Numbered from the stretch's first letter, positions 1-14,022 are shown. The stretch: 64,000 bases of DNA from the human T2T-CHM13v2.0 reference genome, Homo sapiens (GCF_009914755.1 NC_060927.1); one strand, 5' to 3'. Made by a program: numbers and translations. Notes: generated from the sequence alone by a model not told the origin.

Positions 1-340
1 TGGGGCAGTTTGAGCTCAGCGAGACTTACATGTGCCTCTGCGGGCAGCTGGGAGTTGGCTAGTCTGGGAGGGCTTCAAAAAAAACTGGTCTCTTAGCAGG
101 TTAGACATAGGCATTTGTGTGGAAGCAGGGCAGGGTTCTGAGAAAGTAATTGGAAGTGTGCACAGCCCCTTGGGGACTGTGTAACAGACACAACATCTCC
201 TCCCTCTCATCCAATTGTCAAAGCTAGTCTCAGTGGAGAATCAAGGCTGGGAAAATAGACTCCACCTCACGATGGGAAGAGCTGGAGAGTCACATGGTAA
301 AGGGTGTGGAGGGTATGTGGGCATCTTTGCAATTTATCGC
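1..340. mobile_element. MLT1-family (ERVL-MaLR) LTR remnant
   Basis: Contains the typical MLT1 segment GGAAAATAGACTCCACCTC..GATGGGAAGAGCTG..AGTCACAT. Confidence 0.6.
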
Positions 341-1539
341 TGGTACCAAGGACAGGTGAGATGCTGAGTACTGGGGATTGAAAGCACAAAGCCTGCCTTC
401 AAAGAGTCCTAAGACAAATGCAGGAGATAATAAGGGGGCAGACTGTTAAGTTTCTGCTTGATAGTGCCATGGTAGGGAAATGTGACTTCTCTGGAATTAC
501 AACTGAGTGACCTGGGATTATTGACACATTACAACATCAGCAGCCAAAGGTATGTGCTAGAGAATCCTATTTCCCTGTTACATCCTTCCACAGTTTCATG
601 ATTACATTCTCCTTCATGGCATGTGACCAGCCACATCTGGCCATGTTTTCTTAGCCAACCACATCTTTATCGCAAAAGAATGACATTTCAAGCAGTAGCT
701 TCTTAGATTTCCATTCAGTCTTGGTCCGTTTTTCTGGCCTTCTGTGGGTGTGCTGTGGGGATGATGTCTATGACTTTTTCTTAATTATCCAGAAAATTCT
801 GGCCAAGCACCTTTTCTTGCAGAGGGGAGAAGGTGAAGAGGTTTCAGGAGAGAAAAGTATATGTGTGGGGGCGTCAGAACATGGCATTCTGATGAATGTG
901 GTCTTATGCTGGGAAGAAACCTCCAGGGCTGAAATCACCAGGAACTCAATATCTGTTTACAAAACTGGCCTTGAGGATTGAAGCTCAGAACACAAGACTC
1001 TTGCCAGTTGTTCTAAGAAAGCTTCTGCTCTTTCCCAGTCATTCAAACTGCACCACCTTATCGACTTCCCCTCACGGTGAATGCTCAGGATCTCCTTGGC
1101 AACGTGGGTGAAGATACCTGCTGGCTCTCTTGACAGTTCTCGTCTTTGGCTTGGCCAATAAACCCCCTTTAGGGAAGTAGAAAGATGGTGGCAACAGACA
1201 GCTCCTCAGCTCCACCTGCCTTCCCTTCTTCAGGGGAGCTTATGACCATCAGGGTGGCTGTGATGCTTCCCTGGATGTTTGGCTCACAGTGAAGAAGCAT
1301 GAGGACAAATACACAGACAACAAAAACATTTGATGTGCCCATGACAGCTGGGTTTGCTTCACGATTTGTGTAGGACACGTCTTATATGTGCATGCACTGT
1401 TGGCAGCAGACTGCAGAGAGTCTTAAGGGTTTTCCAATATGACTTGGGAATTGCAAGCTGATGATACCATGGTACCACAACCTGCAGTGTGGCAAGCCTA
1501 CCAGCACCAGGTCAAGTGTGTGTCTCTGTTTGATTTCCT

Positions 1540-1800
1540 CTATTCAAGGGGATTGAAACAATGATTTGAGGGCAAGTCATTTATTTGGAAGGTGATCTCA
1601 GGAAAAACTGTTGGAGAGCAGGGAAGGAAGCCAATAAAAGATTTGTCATCAAGCTGGTTACCTCTGCAGGCAAGCTCCATGGGGAAACTGGTAGAACGTA
1701 CACCTCAGGGTTATCCCACCCAAGGAGAGAGGGAGCTGGGGTATTTGTACACCCGATACAGTCAGCCTTGTTTAAAGGAAGATGCAGAGAGGAATGTCTG
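1540..1800 (-). mobile_element. Old ERVL LTR fragment (LTR33-like)
   Basis: GATTTGAGGGCAAGTCATTTATTTGGAAGGTGATCTCAGG...GGAAGCCAATAAAA pattern. Confidence 0.5.
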
Positions 1801-2201
1801 ACCTCATAAACAGAGCCCACCAATGTTAGTGAGCCAAGGACGAGAGATGCCGAGTCTCTCAGAGCATGGGAGGAAAGGTAAGCTTTGGGCTACAAACGTT
1901 GCTTCACTGTTTGGTGGTGATGACTATGTGAGAAAAACTAGACACTTGTCTTACCATATGTGAAAAGTTGTAAGACCAAATGTAACATCAAAGGGCAGGG
2001 TCTTTTCAGAACTAAGCTAGAGGAAATTGCCATCCTGGGTCAGGATGAAACGCCCGTTCTAAGTGAGAATGTGCTGCTGACTGTGGTGCACAGACAGCAC
2101 AAATTCCATGGGTTTGAGAGAAAGATGTAAATGACAGCAAGGTAGAATGCAGACCTGCAGACGCTTTAAACAGCCTCTCACGTGAGAGCAGTATTTATTA
2201 A

Positions 2202-2721
<520 letters not shown>

Positions 2722-3048
2722 TGAAACCTTTTTTTACTCCCAAACACCTTTGAACAGCTCTCAGTAACTGGTATTCCCCAGCACACAGTCTGGAAAACAC
2801 TACACCAGATGCATTTTAGAAGGAACAAACAGCTTACGTAATATCACCCGCAGGAAGTCCATGCATTTTGAAAAATGTCTCCACAGGATGTTTTTCTTGC
2901 CAGTGTTTTCTCTAATCCGAGGGGTCCTCCAAGCCTCCCCAGCCCTGTGAGTGCAGGTCACACCTACCCAGGGACAGACTGCCTTGGGGTCACAATGGCT
3001 GATTCTTCAGCACTTCTAACTCAGCTTCTCTTTCTTTCTGCCTTTCAG

Positions 3049-3147
3049 ATGGGCTTCTTTCGCCGAAGGTACAAAGAAATTATCGAAGCTGAGAAGAACC
3101 GGAAAGAGAATGAAGACAGTTGGGACTGGGTCCAGAAAAACCAGTGA
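3049..3147 (+). CDS. ITGA9: Integrin alpha-9, terminal coding exon (cytoplasmic tail MGFFRRRYKEIIEAEKNRKENEDSWDWVQKNQ*)
   Basis: Branch-point-like CTAAC (3016-3020), pyrimidine tract and CAG acceptor ending at 3048, phase 0. The peptide has the integrin-alpha GFF(K/R)R motif and matches the recognised ITGA9 C-terminus. TGA at 3145-3147. The ORF-track 2875 start is intronic read-through. Confidence 0.97.
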   Translation: MGFFRRRYKEIIEAEKNRKENEDSWDWVQKNQ

Positions 3148-4209
3148 GCTGCCACACCAGTCACATGACCTGATCACTAGCCTGTCATCCTTGGTCTTTG
3201 TATCTTCCATATTTGGAAGAAAAAAATCTTCTCCAGATTTTTCGGAGGCCCCACTGATGCTGTTCTCTTCTTCATTCTATCAAGCCCAGGTGCCAGCCTG
3301 AGGCAGCCACTTCGGCCAGGTCACACGACCGGGGCCAGCACCACTTCCTTTAAAGATGAACTCTGAACTTTGGAGAGTGAGCTACAGAGCCGAGCAATAT
3401 TTATGGATGCAACACGCATGGTCAACCCTCAGGGGAAAACTGTTACCTAAAGTATTTTTATAAATATAAGCCTTTTATACTGATTATGTCTTTTATATTT
3501 GTATCGATGTTTTATTATTTCTATTAAATAGTTATATAATTCACTCAAGCACTGATATCTGGCCTAAAATCTTGGAAGTACATGTCCATGAATACAAATT
3601 TTAAAGGATGAAAATCTTACCGTACTTTGGAACTTGCTGTTTAAAAAGACAGATGAAATAAGTTGAAGAAACCTCATGTAATGAATCCACCAGGCTGGCA
3701 GTGGTGCATATAAACTGTGGGTGTGGCAAGACCCCGAAGACATTTCACATCTTTATCGCCTCGATCAAGTGTGGAGTCACATGCTAATGTGTGCTAAAGA
3801 ACTGTAAGTGTTTTTTCATATGTACTTTTCATTGGAAGATTCCCAACAAGAATTTGGATGGAAAACCTGATCCCTAGCAAGAAGTCTGCTCTGTATCACC
3901 TTTATATAGCAGACATGTCACCCTGCTTCTACACAGATGATGGATGAAAGCTTGGAGCAATGCCATGTGGTCATCTGGTAAACCTCAGAATGGCGTCTCA
4001 TCCTGGACATCCTGCATCAGAGTTCACACACCACAAGGACTAAATCCTTGTCCCCTAAGCAAAGAATTGGGTCTGAATGCTGTGAGGGATTGCCTTTTTG
4101 TGGTAATTTTCATTGAGAGATCTTCATTTCCCCTACCACCCTGGCTGTCCCAGCTAGTGGTGATTGCAGATTCCTTCCCAGAGAGGACATTTAACCGTTT
4201 TAAAAAAAA

Positions 4210-4630
4210 TGTCTTAGATTGGGTTCCCAAGAAGCAGTCCCTGAAACAAGGATTTGTGTGCAAGTAACTTATTAAGGAAGTATTCCCAGGGGATACCAGT
4301 AAGAGAGTGGGGGAAGCAGGACAAGGAAGGAGACAAAGCCAGGCAAATGTTTGTCATTTCAGGGAGAGCTCCATGAAGTTTAGCCTCAGCCTGATCAGGG
4401 GAACTCCGGAGGAAAAGTTAGGCCTCAGAGGTGTCCCAACCTGAATCAAGGGGCTGGCTGCACCCAGAGGAGATGTAAACGTTTTATTCTCAATTCCTGC
4501 TGGCGTAATGGCTCCAGTAGCTCAGGACAGTCCTCTAAAGGACAACCACAGATGCATCCTCAGCCAGGGGAGACACAGGGAAATGATGCAAAAGAAATGA
4601 TGCAAAGGATCTGAGCAGAACACTGCCCCT
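4210..4630 (-). mobile_element. LTR16-family (ERVL) LTR inside the ITGA9 3'UTR
   Basis: TGTCTTAGATTGGGTTCCCAAGAAGCAG...GTGCAAGTAACTTATT matches the reverse of the LTR16 3' end. Confidence 0.6.
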
Positions 4631-7600
4631 CCCCACCCCCTGAATGTGTGAGTGCTGAGTTACGGCCTTCAGTATCCAAGCTCTCTGTTTGACAGTAGAT
4701 ATATTGTCAGATGCACTGTGCTGCTTAGTTTTGAGTGCAGTGTGATTTTCTGAAAGGGCAATGAGATGATGGATGTAGCATGCTCAGCACTGACCTGGCC
4801 CATAGTGATCACTCAATAACTGTTAACAGCTATGGCTGCTATTCCTACTGATGGATAACCATCTAATAAGACAGAAAACATGGGGCTAAGAGCAGGGTCT
4901 AACGGAGTCTTAATGGCTTATTACAGCCTGCCAAAGTGCCAGCTACATACACATGGCATCCAGTGCGGATGAAACAATCTATAAAACCAAGGGTCTTTCT
5001 TATAGCACCTTTTTTACTGGAAGCTAACACGTTGGGAGTCCGTGAACATTGTCAAAAAGACATCAAACTCAACTTCTGGGAAGACAGATTTTTAATACAC
5101 ATACTTGGCTAATACTCACAAACATATCTAAAGTTTTGGCAAAATTATGAGGGTGATGGGTGGGTACTAACCTGGCATGGAGCAGGTGTGTCTTTTGGTT
5201 TCTTATGCAGTTGACTCTGCTGCAGGGAGATTACAGATGTAACCTCATGCTTCTCTTCCTGGTGAACATGGGAATAGACCAAAAAAATCAAGGGTCAATG
5301 GCATGAACTAAGCTGATCCTGGAAATCAGGGATGTTGCATCTAACTGTGGGATGGAGGCACAGAGGTAGCTACAGGGAGCAGGATGAGGCAAAGAAAGCA
5401 GCTGTCACTCAGAGTTCGCTTATGAGTTTTATCAAAAGCAGCAAGAAAAGCAGTCTTGGGTGGGTTTTATCACTTATTAACAGCCATTTATGAGGCCCCT
5501 GCTGTGTGTCAGGCACTGTGCAAGGTGCTGGAGGTTCCCCAGAGAACACTTCAGGGACATTTTGCCTCAGGGTGGCAAAATGCAGTGGCATGTGGACTTT
5601 TTGAATGGGATGCCATTTGCAGCTTTCCTTTGATGGACTCTTGTTCATAATGCCATGTTTTCTTTAATGAATCATTTAGGATTCTTAGGTGATATTTCTG
5701 GAACAGCACCATCAACAGCTTTGGCCACATGCACTTAGAGCAACTAACTTGCCTCCTGCCGGGGTGTAGGTGCGTTGGTGACAGTGTAGAAGGGTGATTC
5801 GCAGGCCCATGTTCTGCCCACCAGCAAAGCCCCACTGGAGAAGGGTAGACTCCTGTGGGCAGTCTCAGAGCTGGGACCTATTTGCTTCTGCTTGATTCTG
5901 CGTGGGTGGACCCACATGAGCAGCTGTATACCCAGGAGGTCACTAAGACTTTATAAAGGCAGGTTTTAAGAAAACCAGCCTTGGCATCACCACCAGCAGA
6001 TACTGAAAGCCTCCCCAGGAACCTGTCTGGGGAAGGATGATGCCTCTGCTGGTCTGATCGTGCTGAGTAGCAGGTGGGCTACGGGGACTGGGGAGTTAAG
6101 CATTTTGTGCAGTGATAGAGAAGTCAAGCATATCGTTAGCGCTCTCTCAACTTGGGCAGTTCACAAGCTCCTTCCCAGCTCAGAAGCCCTCTCTATGCTC
6201 TCAGGGGAAGCAGATGGGGTGGATCAGTACATCTGTGTTACCCTTCCAGAATATTATTTGAAAATTCTACAGTATGTTCTACTTTCTCCCCTTCCTGCTT
6301 CCATGGTTTCACTGTGGAATCCTATAAGATATTCTCCTGAGCAGTATTATTTCAGTTTCCTTCAGCTTTTAGTTGAATCTTCAATGTGGTTTTAACCAAC
6401 TGTTCAGAGAACTGAAATGGTTTTTAAATATGAAAAAGGACCTTTGTAAAAATGGAGTAAAACAGTGCCCCTTTTTTAAAAAAAGTTTTGCTTATGCTTA
6501 ATTTACATAGGACTCAGGAGAGTTTGGAACATCCTCCAAGTGGGCCATAGAGCTGTCACAAAGAAGAGGCCATGATGTTTAGAAACAAGGGGACACTAGC
6601 AGGAGGGGCAGGGTCCACTGGCTTAGTGGCAACTGACAGGCATCCATTCCGAATAACTCAGCACTGAGGTTTCCTCAGGCAGTTCTTTAGGAAAACTGTC
6701 AGCATCATGGGTACTCAGAGGTATGGTAGACCTTGTAGAAGATCCACTAGGAAGTCCTCCTTCACCAAATCATGTAGCTACTGCCCTTGAGCCAAAGGCA
6801 ATGAGGTTTAAAACAAAAACCCAACAGCACTCCTGGGAACATCCTGTTTTCCATGCGGAAGCATAGCAGATCCCCAGACGATCCGTGTGCTGTATGCTAC
6901 CTGTTGAACCCTAGCATGGTGGCTTTTTAAAAGGTTATTTATGACTTTTATTTTTGGGTAAGGCATTATGGCCAGGTGCATGCAGTTATGTCTGGGTTAC
7001 GTGTGAAACGTACATCTGGTGAACTGTATACTTGGCTCAAACTTCTCAAAATTTAGAGGTGCTGGAAAGGATTGTCACTTGGAGCCTTTAGTAGACAAAA
7101 GGCAGAAAGTGAGCATCATTTCAGAAATGCTTTAGTATGCACACTTTTAGCTGATATTTTGATATATAGAGTAATAATATACACAGTGGAGAATATTCAA
7201 AGAGTGGCTGAAGGGAGAATACAGAGCCAGTAGGGCCAAAATGAAACTTCTAGGATGTCTTCTGAATTTTCAGCACATGGGGGGAATAAGTGAACAAATT
7301 TCCCAACATCGTGCAATGCTTTATAGCACAATGATCTAGATTTCAGACTGTGTTAAGGTTTTTTCTTTGTTGATGTTGTTGTTTTAATTCTAATGTGCAC
7401 GGTGTGACTGGCAGAGTGAGTTTAAAAGCTTTACGAGTGATTAATTGCTTGGCAGGCACCCACGCTATCTGCATTTCCAGAACTTTACTGATGCATCCAT
7501 GTACATTTCCACTGAGGAATTTTGGTGGGTGGGGGGAGGTTGTGCTGCCTCACAATGTCACGTGTATTAAAGTCTAAGCAGTCACTTCTGATTCACTTGC

Positions 7601-7643
7601 ACTGTTTGGGAAATGTCAGGTTTACAAAAACATACATGTTTGG

Positions 7644-7649
7644 AATAAA
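7644..7649 (+). terminator. Distal polyadenylation signal AATAAA for ITGA9
   Basis: Canonical hexamer, with ATTAAA variants nearby at 7566-7571 and 7751-7756. Confidence 0.7.
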
Positions 7650-8144
7650 AAATGGCTGCAAACAATTCAGAAGTTCAATCTGTAATTTACTTGCTAATAA
7701 GAACTTTTTAAAGTGTTGAAGCTAGGGTTTCAATGTAATACAACATGAGCATTAAAGAGAACATCAAGGTCCATCTAATTCACATGAACAACCCACCTGA
7801 TGTGGCTGAACTGTCTGCAGTCCTTGGCCTCCACACAAGAGGTACCACCTCCTCTCTGCATCACCCTGACTCCCCTGGCCCAGGGCTACACCTAGGTTCT
7901 TGATCTTGAGATAAATGTGCCCAAATTAAATGGTATGGATTCCTTATTATCAGTAGACTTCTTTCACATGTGCCTGCCAGTTACTAAGCATTTTTCCAGA
8001 AGCATTTTGATAACATTCTTACACATTTACAAATATTGTATTCTCTTAGGTTTTCACTCTCCTTCATCTGTCTATTAATAGTTATGTTCTTGTTCATATT
8101 CCACATGCTGTTCATTTATGTGTTTTTTTTTCCCTAGACAAGAC

Positions 8145-8767
8145 TGTTACCAGATAGGGGTTCCAATCCAGACACCAAGAGCAAGTTCTTGGATCTTGGG
8201 CTATCAAGAATTCGAGGCTAGTCCCTAAACTGAAAGCAAGTTTATTAAGAAAGTAAAGGAATAAAAGAATGGCTATTCCATAGACAGAACAGGACCAGGG
8301 CTGCTGGTTGCCCATTTTTATTGTTACTTCTTGATTATATGCTAAACGAGGGGTGGATTATGCATGAGTTTTCAGGGAAAGGAGTGGACAATTCCCGGAA
8401 CTGAGGGTTCCTCCCCTTTCTAGACCATATACGGTAACTTCCTGACGTTGCCATGGCATCTGCAAACTGTCAAGACACCGGTGGGAGTGTCTTTTAACAT
8501 GATAATGCATTATAATTAGCACATAATGAGCAGTGAGGGGAACCAGAAGTTACTCTTGTAGCCATGTTGGTTTTGGTGGGTTTTGGCTGGCTTCTTTATA
8601 ACAGCCTGTTTTAACAAGGTTTTTATGACCTGTATCTTGTGCCAACCCCCTGTCTCATCCTGTGACAGGATGCCTAACCTCCTGGGAATGCAGCGCAGTA
8701 GCTCTCAGCCTTATTTTACCCAGCCCCTATTCAAGATGGAGTTGCTCTGGTTCAAACGCCTCTGACA
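8145..8767 (-). mobile_element. MER41 (probably MER41B) ERV1 solo LTR, complete
   Basis: Reverse strand begins TGTCAGAGGCGTTTGAACCAGAGCAACTCCATCTTGAATAGGGGCTGGGTAAAATAAGGCTGAG. TG...CA ends. 4-bp TSD AGAC at 8141-8144 and 8768-8771. Confidence 0.9.
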
Positions 8768-9929
8768 AGACCAATAAAGATCTATGTATTTTCTTGGTGT
8801 TTTTCAAGAGTAAGCCTTTGGCTGTACCAATCAAGTCTACTGGGTTTTGCTTTCTATTTCGTTACTGCTTTTAGATTTATTAAAATTTCTTCTATTGCCT
8901 GATGGTTAAAATTCATACACATAGACACCACACAGTATAAAAGAGTTATGAAAAAATATACACCAATGGGTTAAGAATGATTGTCTTTAGGTAAGTGAGA
9001 TTGTCAGGCTTTTGCTTTGTTTTATTTTGTTTTTATTTGAATATTCGTTTTCTACAGTGAGCATGTATTTTGTAACAATGAAACATATGCAGATTACTTG
9101 TAAATAAAATTATATCTGGGAGACTATAAATTGCTAAGCCAAAAGAGATGCCACATTGTAGGTCTGGAAAGAGATTTGTTGCAGCAAAGAGCATTGATGA
9201 GCCTGACACTTATGACAATGGTCCAGTGAGTAATTTCAAGCATTTTAATTCCAGTGCTTCCTGGCTTAACAAACCTGCCACCATTACTAATGCTAATTAA
9301 ATAGGTTTCTCTGAGGTTGCCCAACCTGTTTTCCTAAGCCAGGAAATGGACTCGACAAACTCAAAAGAATCAAAAGATACAAATTTAAGAGGAAGAAAAA
9401 TCACTAATTAGTGAAGTCCGCTTCCTATTCAATCAGGAGTTTTACAGCTCACCAGATTACCTCTCATCCTTAAAGTCTGTCTGGTCCTCAGGTTACTGTT
9501 TAGTAACAGAATTGATGTAAGAATTACTTAGAGCTCAGGCTGCACTATCAGACCGACTGGCAGCTATCCATCAGCAAAGCCACCTGTCCCTAAGATCATG
9601 TCCGTTCACTCTATGTATACATGCAACTAAAGTGTGTATAATGAGATATTGCCATCCCTGAGCTGAAATCTAAGGCTGCCTGCTGCCAAATCTCTGCTTT
9701 GCTTCAAAGTCCAAATTATTTTATATTTTATTTTAAATCAGTTTTTTAATCCTAAAAATTAAACCTCAATAAAGGGATAACTACTATCCTTTGAAGACAA
9801 CCAATTGGTATTTTAAAAAGTTGGCATTTAAAAAAGAATCTCCAGGAAATGTTTCTTCTAGAAGATGACTGATTAGGAAAAAATGAAATTATCTCCAATT
9901 CCACATCTACTCTGAACCCACCTTATCAG

Positions 9930-10330
9930 GAGAATATTTGGCTCCATATAATAGAAAACTCCGAATTAATAAGGCCTTAAACATGATAAAAGTGTGTTCC
10001 TCTCTCCCAAAAAAAGAAGCAGAAGCTCTGGTACAGCAGCTCCATGGGCATCAGGAATCCAGCTCCTGTCTTTCTCAGCACCCTCAAGGTTGCCTCATGG
10101 TCTGAGATGACTACCAGGGAACTAGCTATCATGTCCACATTCCAAGCCAAAAATAGAAGAGGACAAAGTGACATATGCCCCCTCCCTTTTAACTATTCTT
10201 CCTAGAAGTTCCATATAACGCTGGCCAGAAATTAATTATGTATGTAGATATACCCACCCACTAAGGAGGCTGGGGAATGCATTATTAAGGAATAAGAGGA
10301 GGGTAAGTGTTAAGAGACAACTACCAGTTC
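9930..10330. mobile_element. MLT1-family LTR (MLT1J/K-like)
   Basis: GGTTGCCTCATGGTC..AGATG...ATGTCCACATTCCAAGC and GGAGGCTGGGGAATG motifs. Confidence 0.6.
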
Positions 10331-10539
10331 CCACACCCTCCACTGAGAAAATATTCAGACTATAGCTGCCTTGAGCTCTAAACTTGTACGCTTCAAATCC
10401 TTAAGTCTGGCTGGATTTAAGCAAGAGGCAAACCTTTATTTGGGCTGGAGTCAGGGATGGGGTGGATGCATGGAGCTGGTTAATCATATTCATGTCCATA
10501 CAAAGCCCTTTCTTCTTTTATGTAACTTTTCTCCTTTGT

Positions 10540-13440
10540 GTCCCCCACCCTCACTCACATTCCCCTCTCTCCCAGAGGAACCAAGTCTAATAAATACATG
10601 CCCTTAAACATGGATGTACATCATATTATTTTTTATGTTTCACTTAAATGGTATTGAGCACACACTGTTTTATTTTTCCAGGTTGTATTGATGTTGCTGT
10701 GTTTACATTTGGTTCATTGTTTCTGGCTACAGCATTACATTCTACATTATGTTTTCAGCACATTTCACTTCTCCAGCCCCTCTGAAGGAAGCCTTTGCTG
10801 CTTTCACTGCCTGCTGCAGTGAACACTCACATGGCCCTTTATGGGTGGAGCTAGAATCTCATGGTATCTATCATATATATGACATCTGAAGGTGGTTGGT
10901 TACGTTCTCATTTCGTTGCTAGATTCTCTCTAAAATGACCACAGACTGGACACTCCCAGCAACAGTGTATATTCCCACATCCTTGCCCAAAATGGAATTA
11001 TCTGACCTAAAATGTTAGAATTACTTATCTTTTTCTGATGAAACTGAACATTCTATCATTATGCACTGATCCTTTTTTATCTTTAGTAATACTTTCTTAT
11101 CTTAAAGTCTATTTTGATTAGTATTTGCACAACATATCTTTTTCCATCCTTTTATTATAATCTTTCTATATCCATGTGCTTTGGATGTGTCATTTGTAAA
11201 CATCATACAGCTGAATGTTAAAAATCCGTTCTAACACAATCTTTATCATTTTACTGGAACATTTATTTTATTTACATTTATTGTTATTAATGAAATAATT
11301 GGATTTATTTCTATCATCTTTTGTGTTTTCTTTTGTCCACCTTTTTATACTTTTCTCTCCTTTCTCTTCTTTGTTTTCACATTCCATTCTTCCCCTCCAT
11401 TATTCACTTTTATTCTTTATGCAGATAACAGATACTTTAAAACTTTAAGCCTTACAATAGCCAGGCACAGTGGCTCATGCCTGTAATCCCAGCACTTTGG
11501 GAGGCCGAGGTGGGAGAATTGCTTGAGCCCAGGGGTTCAAGACCAGCCTGAGCAACACAGAGAGACCCCCATGTCTACAAAAAAAATTTTAGCTGGGTGT
11601 GGTGGTGCACACCCATAGTTCCAGCTACTTGGGAGGCTGAAGTGGGAGGATTGCTTGAGCCCAGGAGGTCAAGGCTGCAGTGAGCTGTGGTTGTACCACT
11701 GTACTCTATCTAGCCTGAGCAAGAGTGAGACCCTGTCTCAAAAAAAAAAAAAAAAAAAAGACTTATACAATATCTTACTTATTTAACATATCACAATCTA
11801 GAGTTAGTCACTAGTCACTATCTTTTAATGTATTTTAATTTTATATTTTAACCACATAAATCATTGTTTTTGCTGTTTTCTTTAATGAATGCCAGTCTAG
11901 ATTTGCCCCTATACTTGCCACCTTCTTGGCTCTTAATTGCTTCTTGCATCTCAGATATTTTCTCCTGGCATCATTTTCCTTGTGCCTAGTACATCCTTTA
12001 GAATTTCCTTCAGTAAGAATCTGCTGATGGCAAATGTTTCCATTTTGTTTTATCTGAAGCTGTCTTTAATTGCCCGTATTCTTGACTCTTTGCTGGTACA
12101 GAATTCTACATCAGCAGTTACTTTCAGTGGATGAATATAACATTTCATTTTCCTCTTGTTCCTGTTGTTACTATAAAGAAGTCAGCAGTCAGCCCATTTG
12201 TCACTCCTTTAAAGGGATCCTGTCTTTTCTCTTAGGTTTCTGTGAAGATTTTCTCTTTGTTTTTGTGTGCTGCAGTTTTCCTCTGAAGAGTTATATGGCA
12301 TTTATGCTTACCTTTTCTGCTTGCAATTTGCTGTACGTCTGTGGTTTGAGGTCTTTCATCAGTTCTCTTCATCTCTTTAAATATTATCTCTGCTCCATTC
12401 TCTTTCCTCTCGCTTTATCCTTCTTGCCTCTTTATCTACCACTCCTAGTTCCATCCCATCATCCCTCTGTGCAGCATTCTGGACTATCTCTTCTAGCCCA
12501 TTTCTGTATTCACTATCTTTTCAACGGTGTCAAATCTGCTTTGAGACTTGTTTGTTAAGATTTGGGTTTCAATTATTATATTCTTATATCCAAAGGCTTT
12601 TAGTTCTCCCTCAAATATGATGGGCACTTCTCTGTATTTTCTTGTTTATTGCATATAATTTCAAATTTATTTCTTTAAACATAAAAATCATAGTTTCCAT
12701 TTTGTGTCTGGTAAGTGCAATGAAGTTTTTATGGCTCTGTTTCTGCTTTCTAGGATTTTTCCCCTGATGATCGTCACTCTTGGTGCTTGGTTTCCTTGTG
12801 CAACTAGTGGTTTGTTGGTTTGTTTATTGTTAGCTGCTTAGTTTCCTTGCAAAATTACTTGTGGTAATTCTTTGAGGTCCAGGATGAAATATGTTCTATA
12901 GAGAGCCTTTGCTTTCACCTCTGCCAGGCACCAGTCTGGGGCCATACCTTGAGGTTTTATGGACCACCCAAATAACATGAATTTGAACAACACAGTCATA
13001 TGAAGGCCAGCTTGTGGTTGCCACTTCTCAGCATCCCTGTCAACTCCTGTGATCTGCTCTGCACCATGGCAACTTTCCTCAAAGTTTTCCTTGGTCCTCC
13101 AGGAGTACTAGTAGGAATAGCGTTTCTCCATGTGGTTGAATCTTATGTTGAGGTTGCAGCCCTTGGAGATGCTGCTTTATGGGTCCCTGAACCCTTCGAG
13201 GCCATGAAAACCAAACTTCACTTTTGTAAGGCTTGCCACATGCTCAGGACTAAAATGATTGAAGCCCTCCACTTATCTCTCTGCCTCGCAGACTTCATTC
13301 CAACTTTGGCTTGATAATTTCATACTTTCGCTATCTTTTTGATACATTTAAGAATATGTCGTTCAAAATATTTTATTCTTCATTTTTAGTGTTTTGTTGT
13401 GGTGGTTGTTGGGAGAATTGGTCTACTTCTCTTCCTGGAT
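10540..13440 (-). mobile_element. Ancient L1M fragments (interrupted by an Alu)
   Basis: T-rich, degraded antisense L1-like sequence. Confidence 0.6.
11459..11760 (+). mobile_element. Alu (J-type)
   Basis: Dimeric Alu with AluJ-like GAGGATTGCTTGAGCCCAGGAGGTCAAGGCTGCAG and a poly-A tail. Confidence 0.92.
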
Positions 13441-13482
13441 CAGAAGTCTAGATATCTGCTTTCCATGTATCTAGTTTCCTCA

Positions 13483-13483
<1 letters not shown>

Positions 13484-13539
<56 letters not shown>
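13484..13539. repeat. (CT)n microsatellite
   Basis: Direct reading, slightly interrupted. Confidence 0.95.
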
Positions 13540-13540
<1 letters not shown>

Positions 13541-13680
13541 TGTATAACATTTTTATTATAAAACTTTTCAAGCGTACAGAAAAGTTGAAAGAATTCTACA
13601 ATGAACACCTAAATATTCACCATCTAGATTCTACCATCAAAATTTCACTATATTGGGTTTATCACATATCTACCTATCCA

Positions 13681-14022
13681 GGCCAGGTGCAGTGGCTCAC
13701 ACCTATAATCCCAGCACTTTGGGAGGCAGATCACCTGAGGCCCGGAGTTTGAGGCCAACATGGAGAAACCCCATCTCTACTAAAACAAAAATTAGCCAGG
13801 CATGGTGGTGCATGCCTGTAATCCCAGCACTTTGGGAGGCTGAGGCGGGTGGATCATGAGGTCAGGAATTCAAGACCAGCCTGGCCAACATGGAGAAACC
13901 CCATCTCTAGTAAAAATACAAAAATTAGCTGAGTGTGGTGGCAGGCGCCTGTAATCCCAGCTACTCAGGAGGCTGAGGCAGGAGAATTGCTTGAACTGGG
14001 AGGTGGAGGCTGCAGTGAGCTG
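13681..14022 (+). mobile_element. Rearranged Alu (left-left-right arms, 3' truncated)
   Basis: Two left monomers, then a right monomer that ends abruptly after GCAGTGAGCTGA with no poly-A tail. Confidence 0.85.

Larger units (their letters stand above)
3148..7670 (+). other. ITGA9: ITGA9 long 3'UTR (3' end approximate)
   Basis: Follows the stop codon. Alu-free and largely unique sequence. AATAAA at 7644-7649 with upstream UGUA and U-rich elements. Confidence 0.75.

Noticed and set aside
2875-3048. N-terminal 58 codons of ORF 2875-3147
   Set aside because: Intronic: it runs through the branch point, pyrimidine tract and AG acceptor. Only 3049-3147 is coding.
12070-12558. 162-aa hydrophobic ORF resembling a membrane protein
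   Set aside because: Lies in T-rich antisense L1M sequence. The F/L/S richness is compositional.
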